Assembly (NCBI GenBank): GCA_964016885.1 | Contig: OZ024740.1 | Span: 340,628,001 to 340,692,000 of the forward strand | Length of the DNA: 64,000 bases | Reading direction: 5' to 3' | Origin: Eledone cirrhosa | Taxonomy: Eukaryota | In this document: piece after piece, positions 1-14,577 of the stretch | How positions within the stretch are numbered: position 1 is the first letter of the stretch | Layout: each line of letters opens with the position of its first letter | Notes under the pieces: generated by a model | What the model saw: the letters and a program-made list of their open reading frames with translations, nothing else | What the model was told of the DNA's origin: nothing | Databases searched by the model: none | Translations under genes and position numbers: made by a program

Positions 1-3000
1 TACCTGCACCACTAACATACAACCCACCACCACTAACACACACTCAACCACTGCTACCTGCACCACTAACACACACCCCACCACTAACACACACACCCCA
101 CCACTGCTAGTAAAACCACTAACACCACCCTACCAGTGATAATACCACCACTACTAATACCACTGATACCTGCACCAATAACAGCCACCATACCACTGCT
201 ACTAATACCACTGATACCTGCACCACTAACACACCCCACCACCACTACTAATACCACTGATACCTGCACCACAAACATACCCCCACCAGTGCTACTAATA
301 CCACTGATACCTGCGCAACTAACACTCGCCCCATCACTGCTACCTGCACCACTAACACATGCCGCACCACTGCTACTGATACTACTGATACCTCCACCAC
401 TAACACACACCCCACCACTGCTACTGATACCACTAACACACACCCCACCACCACTACTAATACCACAGATACCTGCACCACCACTATTAATACCACTGAT
501 ACCTGCACCACTAACACACACCCCACACGGCTACTAATACCACTGATACCTGCATCACTAACACACACCCCACCACTGCTACTAATACCACTGATACCTG
601 CATCAGTAACACACACCCCACCACTGATACCTGCACCAGTAACACACACCCCACCACTGCTACTAATACCACTGATACCTACACCATTAACACACACCCC
701 ACCAATGTTACTAATACCACTGATATCTGCACCACTAACACACACCCCACCACTGCTACTAATACCACTGATACCTGCACCACTAACACACACCCCACCA
801 CTGATACTGCACACTAACACACACCCCACCACTGCTACTAATACCACTGATACCTGCACCACTAACACACACCCCACCACTGATACCTACACCCCACCAC
901 TGCTACTAATACCACTGATACCTGCACCACTAACACACCCAACCACTGCTTCTAATACCACTGAAACCTGCACCACTAACACACACCCCACCACTGCCAC
1001 TAATACCACTAATACCTGCACCACTAACACACACCCCGCCACTGCTACTAATACCACTAATACCTGCACCACTAACACACACCCCGCCACTGCTACTAAT
1101 ACCACTAATACCTACACCACTAACACACACCCCGCCACTGCTACTAATACCACTGATACCTACACCACTAACACACACCCCACCACTGATACCTGCACCA
1201 CTAACACACACCCAACCACTGATACCTGCACCACTAACATACACCCTTCCACTGATACTTGCACCAGTAACCCCCCCCCCCCCCTCCACTACTAATACCA
1301 CTAACACCCCCCACCACTGATACCTGTACCACTAAAACACCCCACCAATGCTACTATTACTAACTATTACGTGTACCATTAACACACCCCACCACCACTA
1401 CTAATACCACTGATACCTGTACCACCACTACTAATACCACTGCTACCTGCACCACCACTACAATTACCACTGATACCTGCACCACTAACACACACCACCA
1501 CCACTACTAATACCACTGATACCTGCACCACAAACATACCCCCACCACTGCTACTAATACCACGACACACATCCCATCACCACTACGAATACCACTGCTA
1601 CCTGCACCACCAACACATACCACCACAGCAACTAATACCACTGATACCTGCACCACTAACACACACCCCACCACCGCTACTAATACCACTGATACCTGCA
1701 CCACTAACATACACCCTTCCATTGATACCTGCACCACTAACACACACCGCACCACCACTACTAATACCACTGATACCTGCACCACTAACACACCCCACCA
1801 CTGCTACTAATACCACTGATAACTGTATCATTAACACACCCCAACACTGCTACTAATACCACTAACACACCCCACCACCACTACTAATACCACTGATACC
1901 TGCACAACTAACACCCTCCCCACCACCGCTACTAATACCACTAACACACCCCAACACTGCTACTAATACCACTAACACACTCCACAACCACTACTAATAC
2001 CACGGATACCTGTACCACTAACACACACCACCACTGCTACTAATACCACTGATACCTGCACCACTAACATACAACCCACCACCACTTCTAATACCACTAA
2101 CACACACTCAACCACTGCTACCTGCACCACTACTACACACACCCCACCACTGATACATGCACCACTAACACACGACCCACCACCGCTACTAATACCACTG
2201 ATACTTGCACAACTAACACGCACCCCACCACCACTACTAATACCACTGATACCTGTACCACTAACACACACCACCACTGATACCTGCACCACTAACATAC
2301 AACCCACCACCACAACTAATACCACTAACACACACTCGACCACTGCTACCTACACCACTACTACACACACCCCACCACTGATACATGCACCACTAACACA
2401 CACCCCACCTATGCTACTAATACCACTGATACCTGCACCACTAACACACACCCCACCACTGATACCTGCACCACTACCACACACACCCCACCACTAACAC
2501 ACGACCCACCACCGCTACTAATACCACTGAAACCTGCACCACTAACACGCGCCCCACCACCGGTACTAATACCACTGATACTTGCACAACTAACACACAC
2601 CCCACCACTACTCCTAATACCACTGATACCTGCACCACTGCTACTAAAACCACTAACACCACCACCACTACTAATACCACTGATACCTGCACCAATAACA
2701 GCCACCCTACCACTGCTACTAATACCACTGATACCTGCGCCACTAACACACCCCACCACCACTACAAATACCACAGATACCTGCACCACCACTATTAATA
2801 CCACTGATACCTGCAGCACTAACACACCCAACCACTGATACCTGCACCACTAACACACACCCCACACTGCTACTAATACCACTAACACACACCCCACCAC
2901 TGCTACTAATACAACTGATACCTGCATCAGTAACACACACCCCACCACTGCTACTAATACCACTGATACCTACACCATTAACACACACCCCACCACTGCT

Positions 3001-6000
3001 ACTAATACCACTGATACCTACACCATTAACACACACCCCACCAATGTTACTAATCCACTGATACCTGCACCACTAACACACACCCCACCACTGCTACTAA
3101 TACCACTGATACCTGCACCACTAACACACACCCCACCACTGCTACTAATACCACTGATACCTGCACCACTAACACACACCCCACCACTGCTACTAATACC
3201 ACTGATACTGCACACTAACACACACCCCACCACTGCTACTAATACCACTGATACCTGCACTAGTAACACACACCCCACCACTGATACCTACACCACTAAC
3301 ACACACCCCACCACTGCTACTAATACCACTGATACCTGCACCACTGACACACACCCCACCACTGATACCTACACCACTAACACACCCAACCACTGAAACC
3401 TGCACCACTAACACACACCCCACCACTGCGACTAATACCACTAATACCTGCACCACTAACACACACCCCGCCACTGCTACTAATACCACTAATACCTACA
3501 TCACTAACACACACCCCACCACTGCTACTAATATCACCGATACCTACACCACTAACACACACCCCACCACTGATACCTGCACCACTAACACACCCAACCA
3601 CTGCTACTAATACCACTAACACACACCCCACCACTGATACCTGCACCACTAACACACCCAACCACTGCTTCTAATACCACTGATACCTGCACTACTAACA
3701 CAGGCCACACCGCTGCTACTAATACTACTGATACCTCACCACTGCTACTAAAACCACTCATACCTGCACCACTAACACACACCACACTACTGCTACTAAT
3801 ACCACTGATACCTGCACTACCAACACATACCACCACTGCTACTAATACCACTAACACACACCTCTCCACTGCTACTAATACCACTGATATCTGCACCACC
3901 ACTATTAATACCACTGATACCTGCACCACTAACACACCCCACCACCACTACTAATACCACTGATACCTGCGCAACTAACACTCGCCCCATCACTGCTACT
4001 AATACCACTGATACCTGCACCACTAACACACCCAACCACTGCTTCTAATACCACTGATACCTACACCACTAACACACACCCCACCACTGATACCTGCACC
4101 ACTAACACACACCCAACCACTGATACCTGCACCACTAACATACACCCTTCCACTGATACTTGTACCACTAACCCCCCCCCCCCCTCCACTACTAATACCA
4201 ATGATACCTGCACAACTAACACACCCCACCACTGATACCTGTACCACTAAAACACCCCACCAATGCTACTATTACTAACTATTACGTGTACCATTAACAC
4301 ACCCCACCACCACTACTAATACCACTGATACCTGTACCACTAACACACACCACCACTGATACCTGCACCACTAACATACAACCCACCACCACAACTAATA
4401 CCACTAACACACACTCGACCACTGCTACCTACACCACTACTACACACACCCCACCTCTGATACATGCACCACTAACACACACCCCACCTATGCTACTAAT
4501 ACCACTGATACCTGCACCACTAACACACACACCCCACCACTGATACATGCACCACTAACACACGACCCACCACCGCTACTAATACCACTGATACCTGCAC
4601 CACTAACACGCGCCCCACCACCGGTACTAATACCACTGATACTTGCACAACTAACACACACCCCACCACTGCTACTAATACCACTGATACCTGTACCACT
4701 AACACACACCCCACCACTGCTACTAATACCACTGATACCTGCACCACTGCTACTAAAACCACTAACACCACCCTACCACTGATAATACCACCACTACTAA
4801 TACCACTGATACCTGCACCAATAACAGCCACCCTACCACTGCTACTAATACCACTGATACCTGCACCACTAACACACCCCACCACCACTACTAATACCAC
4901 AGATACCTGCACCACCACTATTAATACCACTGATACCTGCAGCACTAACACACCCAACCTCTGATACCTGCACCACTAACACACACCCCACACTGCTACT
5001 AATACCACTAACACACACCCCACCACTGCTACTAATACCACTGATACCTGCATCAGTAACACACACCCCACCACTGCTACTAATACCACTGATACCTGCA
5101 TCAGTAACACACACCCCACCACTGCTACTAATACCACTGATACCTACACCATTAACACACACCCCACCAATGTTACTAATCCACTGATACCTGCACCACT
5201 AACACACACCCCACCACTGCTACTAATACCACTGATACCTGCACCACTAACACACACCCCACCACTGCTACTAATACCACTGATACCTGCACTACTAACA
5301 CACACTCCACCACTGATACCTACACCACTAACACACCCAACCACTGCTTCTAATACCACTAACACACACCCCACCACTGCCACTAATACCACTAATACCT
5401 GCACCACTAACACACACCCCGCCACTGCTACTAATACCACTAATACCTACATCACTAACACACACCCCACCACTGCTACTAATATCACTGATACCTACAC
5501 CACTAACACACACCCCACCACTGATACCTGCACCACTAACACACCCAACCACTGCTACTAATACCACTAACACACACCCCACCACTGATACCTGCACCAC
5601 TAACACACCCAACCACTGCTTCTAATACCACTGATACCTGCACTACTAACACAGGCCACACCGCTGCTACTAATACTACTGATACCTCACTACTGCTACT
5701 AATACCACTGATACCTGTACCACTAACACACCCCAACACTGCTACTAATACCACTAACGCACTCCACCACCACTACTAATACCACGGATACCTGTACTAC
5801 TAACACACACCACCACTGCTACCTGCACCACTAACATACAACCCACCACCACTACTAATACTACTAACACACACCCAACCACTGCTACTAATACCACTGA
5901 TACTTGCATCACTAACACACGACCCACCACCGCTACTAATACCACTGATACCTGCACCACTAACACACACGCCACCACTGCTACTAATACCATTGATACC

Positions 6001-9000
6001 TGCGCAACTAACACTCGCCCCATCACTGCTACTAATACCACTGATACCTGCACCACTAACACACCCCACCACCACTACTAATACCACTGATACCTTCACC
6101 ACTAACACACACCCCAACACTGCTACTAATACCTGCACTACTAACACACACCCCACCACTGCTACTAATACCACTGATACCTGTACCACTAACACACTCC
6201 GCCACCACTACTAATACCACGGATACCTGTAGAACTAACACACACCACCACTGCTACTAATACCACTAATACCTGTACCACTAACACACACCTCACCACT
6301 GATACACACCCGACCACTACTACCTGTACTACTAACACACACCTCACCACTGCTTCTAATACCACTGATACTGCACCACTAACACACACCGCACCACCAC
6401 TACTTATACCACTAACACACACCCTACCAGTGCTACCTGCACCACTAACACCTCCCTCCCCCCATCACCACTACTAATACCAATGATACCTGCATCACTA
6501 ACACACCCCACCACTGATACCTGTACCACTAAAACATCCCACCACTGATACCTGTACCACTAACACACAACCCCATCACCACTACTAATACCACTGATAC
6601 CTGCACCACCACTACTAATACCACTGCTACCTGCACCACTAACACGCCCCATCACTGCTACTAATACCACTGATACCTGCACCACTAACACGCCCCATCA
6701 CTGCTACTAATACCACTGATACCTGCACCATTAACACACACCCCACCACTGCTACTAATACCACTGATACCTGCACTACTAACACACACCCCACCACTAC
6801 TAATACCACTGATACCTGCACCACTAATACACACCCCACCACTGCTACTAATACCACTGATACCTGTACCACTAACACACACCCCACCACTGCTACTAAT
6901 ACCACTGATACCTGCACTACTAACACACACCCCACCACTGCTACTAATACCACTGATACCTGCACCACTAATACACACCCCACCACTGCTACTAATACCA
7001 CTGATACTGCACACTAACACACACCCCACCACTGCTACTAATACCACTGATACCTGTACCACTAACACACCCCAACACTGCTACTAATACCACTAACGCA
7101 CTCCACCACCACTACTAATACCACGGATACCTGTACCACTAACACACACCACCACTGCTACCTGCACCACTAACATACAACCCACCACCACTACTAATAC
7201 TACTAACACACACCCAACCACTGCTACTAATACCACTGATACCTGCATCACTAACACACGACCCACCACCGCTACTAATACCACTGATACCTGCACCACT
7301 AACACACACGCCACCACTGCTACTAATACCATTGATACCTGCACCACTAACACACGCCACACCACCGCTAATAATACCACTGATATTTGCACCACTAACA
7401 CACACCCCACCACTGATAGCTGCACCACTACCACACACACCCCACCACTGACACATACACCACTAACACACATCCCACCTATGCTACTAATACCACTGAT
7501 ACCTGCACCACTAACATACACCCACCACTGATACCTACACCACTAACACACACCCCACCACTGCTACTAATACCACTGATAACTGCACCACTAAAACACA
7601 CCCCACCACTGCTACTAATGCCACTATTACCTGTACCTCTAACACACAGCTCCATCACCACTACTAATACCACTGATACCTGCACCACTAATGCACACCC
7701 CACCACTGCTACTAATACCACTAACACACTCCACCACCACTACTAATACCACGGATACCTGTACCACTAACACACACCACCACTGCTACTAATACCACTG
7801 ATACCTGCACCACTAACATACAACCCACCACCACTACTAATACCACTAACACACACTCGACCACTGCTACCTGCACCACTACCACACACACCCCACTACT
7901 GATACATGCACCACTAACACACACCCCACTTATGCTACTAATACCACTGATACCTGCACCACTAACACACACCCCACCACTGATACCTGCACCACTACCA
8001 CACACACCCCACCACTGATACATGCACCACTAACACACACCCCACCACTGATACATGCACCACTACCACACACACCCCACCACTGATACATGCACCACTA
8101 ACACACACCACCACTGCTACTAATACCACTGATAACTGCACCACTAAAACACACCCCACCACTGATATCTGCACCACTGCTACTAAAACCACTATTACCT
8201 GTACCACTAACACCACCCTACCACTGCTAATACCACGGATACCTGCACCACTAACACACCCCACCATCACTACTAATACCACTGATTCCTGCACCACTAA
8301 CTCCCACGCCACCGCTGCTACTAATACCACTGATAGCTGCACCACTAACACACACCCTACCACTGATACCTGCACCACTAACACACCCCACCACCACTAC
8401 TAATACCAGTGATACCTGCACCCAATCATACCACCACCAGTGCTTCTGATACCACTGATACCTGCGCAACTAACACTCACCCCATCACTGCTACTATTGC
8501 CACTGATACATGTACCACTAACACACCCCAACACTGCTACTAATACCACTAACATACTCCACCACCACTACTAATACCACGGATACCTGTACCACTAACA
8601 CACACCACCACTGCTACTAATACCACTGATACCTGCACCACTAACATACAACCCACCACCACTACTAATACCACTAACACACACTCGACCACTGCTACCT
8701 GCACCACTAACATACAACCCACCACCACTACTAATACCACTAACACACACCCAACCACTGATACCTGCACCACTAACACACGCCCCACCACCGCTAATAA
8801 TACCACTGATACTTGCACCACTAACTCACACCCCACCACTGATACCTGCAACACTAACACACACCTCACCTCTGATACCTGCACCACTACCACACACACC
8901 CCACCACTGATACATGCACCACTAACACACACCCCAACACTGCTAATACCACTGATACCTGCACCACTAACACACACCCCGCCACCCCTACTAATACCAC

Positions 9001-9670
9001 TAACACACGCCCCACCACTACTAATACCACTGATACCTGCACCACTAACACATGCCGCACCACTGATACCTGCCGCACCACTGATACCTGCACCACTAAC
9101 ACACACCCCACCAATGCTACTAATACTACTGATACCTCCACCACTAACACACACCACACCACTGCTACTAATACTACTGATACCTGCACCACTAACACAC
9201 CCAACCACTGCTTCTAATACCACTGATACCTGCACCACTAACACACACCCCAGTACTGATACCTGCACCACTGCTACTAATACCACTGATAGCTGCACCA
9301 CTAACACAAACCCCACCACTGATACCTGCACCACTAACACACACCCCACCACTGCTACTAAAACCACTATTACCTGTACCACTAACACCACCCTACCACT
9401 TCTAATACCACGGATACCTGTAGCACTAACACACCCCACCACTGCTACTAATACCACTGATACCTGCACCACTAACACACACCCCACTACTGATACCTGG
9501 ACCACCACTACTAATACCACTGATACTTGCACCACTAACACACACCTCACCACTGCTACTAATACCACTGATACCTGTACCACTAACACACGCCCCACCA
9601 CTACTAATACCACTGATACCTGCACCACTAACATGCCCCATCACTGCTACTAATACCAGATACCTGCACC
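1..9670. repeat. Complex satellite/minisatellite, 48-bp consensus CCACTGATACCTGCA-CCACTAACACACACCCCA-CCACTGCTACTAATA; continues off the left edge
   Basis: Continuous tandem array with 15+18+15-nt CCACT-headed subunits, shuffled and partly deleted; + strand C/A-rich and G-poor. All ORFs here are periodic read-throughs (PLIPAPLTHTPPLLLI, GAGISGISSSGGVCVS). Confidence 0.95.
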
Positions 9671-9763
9671 CCTATCACCCACCTCACCACCCCTACTAGC
9701 CATCTTTCTTGTGAAACAAATCCAGAAGACTTTTTGTACCTCTGTTTGTTGTTTCCTTAAACT

Positions 9764-11340
9764 GGAATGCTGAAAGCATCTGGAACGGTGGGACACACTA
9801 TACTAGGTGTTGATGAAAAGCTTGTGAGAGCTATACAAGCCATGTATAAAGAAACAGTCAGCAAGGTTAGAATTAACAATGAATATAGTGAAGAGTTTAG
9901 CGTAAAAGTTGGTGTTCATCAGGGCTCCGTCCTTAGCCCCCTACTATTTATTATTGCCCTTCAGGCTATAACAGAGGAGTTTAAGACCAGCTGTCAATAG
10001 GAACTCCTATATGCAGATGATCTAACGCTCATAGCTGAATCAATGGCCGAACTAGAGAAGAAATTCCAAATATGGAAGCATGGCCTAGAATCAAAAGGCC
10101 TTAAAATTAACCTGTCTAAGACTTAAGTTCTAGTTTGTAGGAAGGAAAATAGGGCACCAGTCACATCTGGGAAATGGCCATGCTCAGTGTGTAAGAAAGG
10201 AGTAGGCAGAAACTCCATTTTATGTCCCAAATGCAAAGTATGGGTGCATAAAAGATGTAGTGGGATCACAGGTAAGCTAACTAAGAATATAGATTTTATA
10301 TGTAGCCGGTGCTCTGGTGCAATAAGTAGCAGCAAGTGCCCACAGAATACTAGGTCATTCCATTGCACAGATGGTTCTATAGAAATAGTGGACACCTTCC
10401 GTTACCAGGGTGACAAAATCAGCAGTGGTGGAGGGTGCTCTGAAAGTACAGTAGCTAGAGTCAGAACGGGATGGAAAAAGTTCAAAGACCTTATACCACT
10501 ATTGGCCGCTAAAGGGTTCTCTCTAAAAATGAAAGGCAGGCTGTATGATGCCTGCATACGAACAGCAATGTTGCATGGCAGTGAGACCTGGGCATTGTGT
10601 GCAGAGGATATACACAGACTGGAGAGGAACGAAGCTTGCATGCTCCGCTGGATGTGTAATAACAATATACATGAACGGCAAAGCATAAACGAACTAAGGG
10701 AGAAATTAGGAATAAGAGGGATCAGATGCTGTTTACTTGAGAGAAGACTCCGTTGGTGCTGTCACGTGATGCGCATGAAAGACGACAGCTGTATAAAAAA
10801 GTGCAGAGCGATAAAAATAGACGGTAGCCACGGAGTAGGCAGACCCAGAAAAACCTGGGACGACTTGATAAATTCCGACCTCACACACTTACACCTCTCC
10901 AAGACAATGTCACTAGACCGAGATCTTTGGCGCTACACAGTAATACAGAAGACCCGCCTTGCCTAAGTACAAAGCGAAACCTACAGTCAGTAGGCACCTC
11001 TAACAAAAATACACCCTGTCCCACTACTCCATCCACACCACCCCTTCCAATGTAATGTTATGTTGGTACCACAACATCCAGTCTGAAACAAATGAGGTCG
11101 TGTAGGTGTCACGACTAAAAAAACACACAGTCCACGCTGTAATGTGACCGTGTAGGTAACACGGTAAAAACCTCCCAGTCCACACTGTAAACGTGGTTGG
11201 TGTTAGGAAGGGCATCCAGCCGTAGAAAACCCGCCAGACAGTCCTATACGAGCAAGACAACCAATCTTGCCTCAAGTGGGAAAATTCCCGTCCAAACCCA
11301 TGCTAGCGTGGAAGATGCATGTTAAATGATGATGATGATA
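9764..11340 (+). mobile_element. RTE-clade non-LTR retrotransposon (family A), 5'-truncated, with stops and an internal deletion
   Basis: GVHQGSVLSPLLF, YADD (tatgcagatgat ~10009-10020), HGSETW, RPRKTW motifs; 3' UTR ending gttaaatgatgatgatga. Confidence 0.93.
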
Positions 11341-11362
11341 TATATGTATATATCATCATGTG

Positions 11363-11949
11363 TACAGTAACGGTTAAACCCACATGTAATAATTTTTTAC
11401 ACACATCTCACTGTGTAATATATTTGTATTTGAGCTCAGTTGAAAATTCTCTGTTCTTCTTTGAGTTAATATTATTATTACTGTGAACTGCGGAATACTC
11501 TAATTCCGATCCTTGTATAATTAACGAGCTCCAAATTGTTGAGCTAATAAATTCGAATGGTTGGGCTACTCTCTCTAGCATTTTCCCCAATTCATGAGAG
11601 CCGTTACTTGATGCAAATAACACGTGTTTTCGCCCTGCTCTGGGCAGCGTGTATATTTGCGTTCTCTCTCTCCATTAGGCTAGATGTGTAGCGAACAATT
11701 CCACACTTGCTGACTGAGGAACATGTGGACTTTTACACTACACATTTCAGTGGCGAAACGAAATAGATTCGTATCACCAAGCTTATAGTTATAAGGTTGG
11801 TAATTTAAAACTCTACTTCGGAGATTTGATTCTGACTTAGTGTTCTTGCTAACCTGTAGGTGTTGTTTTCCATACAGTAATGGTTAAACTCACACGTAAT
11901 AATTCTTTACACACATCTCACTGTGTAACACACTTCTCTCTGTGTAATA

Positions 11950-11955
<6 letters not shown>
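11363..11955 (+). mobile_element. Penelope-like pLTR or retrozyme-like unit: 510-bp period with ~56-bp terminal direct repeat
   Basis: tacagtaa.ggttaaac.caca.gtaataatt.tttacacacatctcactgtgtaa at 11363 and 11873; CpG-richer interior; internal hammerhead fold; followed by (TA)n. Confidence 0.6.
11706..11781 (+). ncRNA. Type I hammerhead ribozyme motif with damaged stem II base
   Basis: Stem I cttgctga(11706-13)/tcaccaag(11774-81) 7 of 8 bp; CUGAGGA 11714-20; GAAA 11755-58; stem III ACGAA/TTCGT with ATAGA loop; GUA cleavage triplet 11771-73. Confidence 0.7.

Positions 11956-12025
<70 letters not shown>
11947..12025. repeat. (TA)n(CA)n compound microsatellite
   Basis: Direct reading. Confidence 0.95.
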
Positions 12026-12389
12026 TTCTCTAACTTCCTTTCCTCCTCCATCTAGTCATCCTCTTCACATATATAACCTGCCACATTAGTTTTACCAGCA
12101 TAGAAAAATGTACACACACCACAGTGTACTGCCTGACGTTTGCTCCTCTCCTTATGCCAATATACCCCCTTTGTATGTCACTACCTGATGTCCCACACAC
12201 TCGACCCCCCCCCCCCCCACACCACCACCACCTCAGTATGCTCCTCCTTCCTGATACTTGGTTCTCAGCCCAACCATGCCAACATAGAAAGACAGGTATA
12301 CCCAAACAGATGTCACTTTTAAGGCCATCTTTCCCTCTTCCTTGGCAAGCAACATGCTGGCCCTCACTATTGCCTCTCCAGTCTTCTCT

Positions 12390-12824
12390 ATGACATGTTG
12401 TTTGCTGTCCCACAGTGTATGTGCCATGACAAACAACACCCAGACCACCCTGTATGGTGGTTGTATTGGAGCCACAACAAAAATCACCCAGTTCACATTG
12501 TAAGGTGGTCATGCCGGTACCACAACAAAAAAAGAACCCAGCCCACTCTATAAAAAAAAAACACTGTCTACTCTGTAAGTTGGTAATACTGGTATCACAA
12601 AAATAATCCCAGTACATGTAATGTGGTTGCCATTAGGAAGGCCATCTAAGCCATAAAAAAACAAGTCAAATTGGATCATATGAGCAAGACGTGGTCACCT
12701 AACCTGTCTGGCCTCATAACATGACTACCCGTCTAACCTACGCAAGCATGAAAAATAGACATTGAATGATGATAATGATGTCCATGCTAGCGTGGAAGAT
12801 AGACGTTAAACGATGATGATGATG
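12390..12824 (+). mobile_element. RTE 3' UTR relic with degenerate ~48-bp repeats and two successive (ATG)n tails
   Basis: attaggaagggcatc-like core at ~12630; tails at ~12780 and ~12823. Confidence 0.65.
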
Positions 12825-12849
12825 TATAGAAATATAAACACATATACAT

Positions 12850-14002
12850 TAGTTGAATTGCAGGTAAGCTAATGAAAAATGCTTTTTATGTAGCAGATTT
12901 ACAGCGGGGGCGAGCACATGTGAATAGATTCCTTCAGCTGCCAGGGGGGGGTTTACCTAGAAGTTGTTTGATAGCTTTTGCTACCTAGGCAATCAAATTA
13001 GTAGTAGGGGAGGATGCACCGAAAGTGTAATAGCTAGGATAAGAACAGGCTGGAAGAAGTTTAGAGATTTATCACCGCTGCTAACAACAAAATGCTTTTC
13101 TCTCAGAGTGAAGGGTAGACTGTATGATGCCTTTGTACGAACTGGAATGCTACATGGCAGTGAAACATGGGCCTTGACTGCAGAAGACCTGCGGAGGCTA
13201 GAAAGAAATGAATCGAGTATGGTCCGATGGATGTGAAACGTTAGTGTGCATATGTGACAAAGCTTAAGCAAACTGAGGAGAAAACTTGGATGAAGTGTGG
13301 TTGATATGGACATGTGATGTGCATGAAAGATAACAGCAACATAAAGAAATGCAGAGAAACCTCAGTGGTTGGAACATTTGGAAGAGGCAGACCAAAAGAC
13401 ATGGGATGAGGTTGTGAAGACTGACCATAAAAAAACTAAATCTCACAACAGAAATGACTAAAGTCCACGAGTGCTGGCACAATGCAATGCTGAAGAAGAC
13501 TCGCATACAGTATGGCTTGACCTATCCCTGTGTCCCCTCCTTTCCACTAATACTCACTGATAGCTATTCTCAACATCACAACACCACTCTCACCATACAC
13601 ACGCAAGTCACTACACCCCATTCCTAGATGTTGCCCCTTTGTGAAATGATTGGTGATGGGAAGGGCATCCAGCCATGGAGGGTTTACCAAAGGTCATGAC
13701 AACCTCCCTAATTTTTGGTGTCCTATACAATAAACGTACCCAATATATGCTGTAAAATAGTTGGAGATAGGAAAGGCATCCAGCCGTAGAAAGCTTGCCA
13801 AACAAAGGGTTGGGAGGACCCTCAGATGTGTCAAAGACATACTCTCCTGTGCATTCGATAGAACCTGAGACAGTACATAAGTGAGACGCAGATCCCCGGC
13901 CTGTCTGGGAGATCAGAAGCTCTGCTTTGGTACTGCCTTGGTCTATGGAGACCTACCCAACCCTTGCTAGCAGGGAAAACAAATGTAAAAACAACGATGA
14001 TG
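12850..14002 (+). mobile_element. Degenerate RTE LINE (older family) with its 3' UTR and tail
   Basis: FCYLG...RTGWKKFR...HGSETW..RRLERNE in ORF 12964-13236; tail aacccttgctagcagggaaaac...acgatgatga. Confidence 0.85.
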
Positions 14003-14249
14003 AGACATTCACATTTATTAAAGCACTGTTTCCTTCTCTTTTCTGTATCTGTTTTGTATATGTATCTGTGCATTCGCCTTTTTTTTTAAAGTTAAAAATA
14101 TTATGTGTATATGTTTGTGTGTGAATATGTATGTAAATTTTAAAGAGTTACAGACAAAGTAAAATATATACAAGCTCACATGGCATATTATCATTGTTGA
14201 TTATTTTGGGGGAGTTAGGGAATTATAAAGACTGGTTTACTGGTTTAAG

Positions 14250-14540
14250 TTTAAATAGCAAAGTAGCACCGCTACTTCTCTGAATTGAGAGATCCATAGC
14301 TCTGATACTACAGACATGCAGTTAAAATGTCTCAGGAAATATTATTGGGCAGATTTTATGGGCAAAACCAACTGGTAGGAGACCCAGGGGTTGACCCTGA
14401 GCAAGATAGTTGGATAACATTCATGAGCTCGGCTCGTCTCACTTGAGGATCCAGCTGGATCAATTGGAAATGGTTACTTCTGATAGCACCCACTGGAAGG
14501 CGTGTTTGAAGATTCTTCCTCCATGACCCTCCTTAGAATA
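14250..14540 (+). mobile_element. RTE (Expander/Rex3-like) C-terminal fragment
   Basis: Similar to the reverse complement of 17085-17370 (gggcaaaaccaactgg...cccaggggttgaccctgagcaagat). Confidence 0.6.
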
Positions 14541-14577
14541 AATGGGCAAAGAAGATACAAAACTGCTAAATACTCAC

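Noticed and set aside
84-9653. Dozens of ORFs resembling mucin, Pro-rich or Gly/Ser-rich membrane proteins
   Set aside because: They are frames of the 48-bp satellite, occur on both strands, and break at 2-nt slips; no signal peptide, splice sites or unique domain.
14474-14577. ORF continuation beyond the RRM exon (CEYLAVLYLL...)
   Set aside because: Lies past a GTGAGT donor, lacks RNP1 and runs into an RTE relic.
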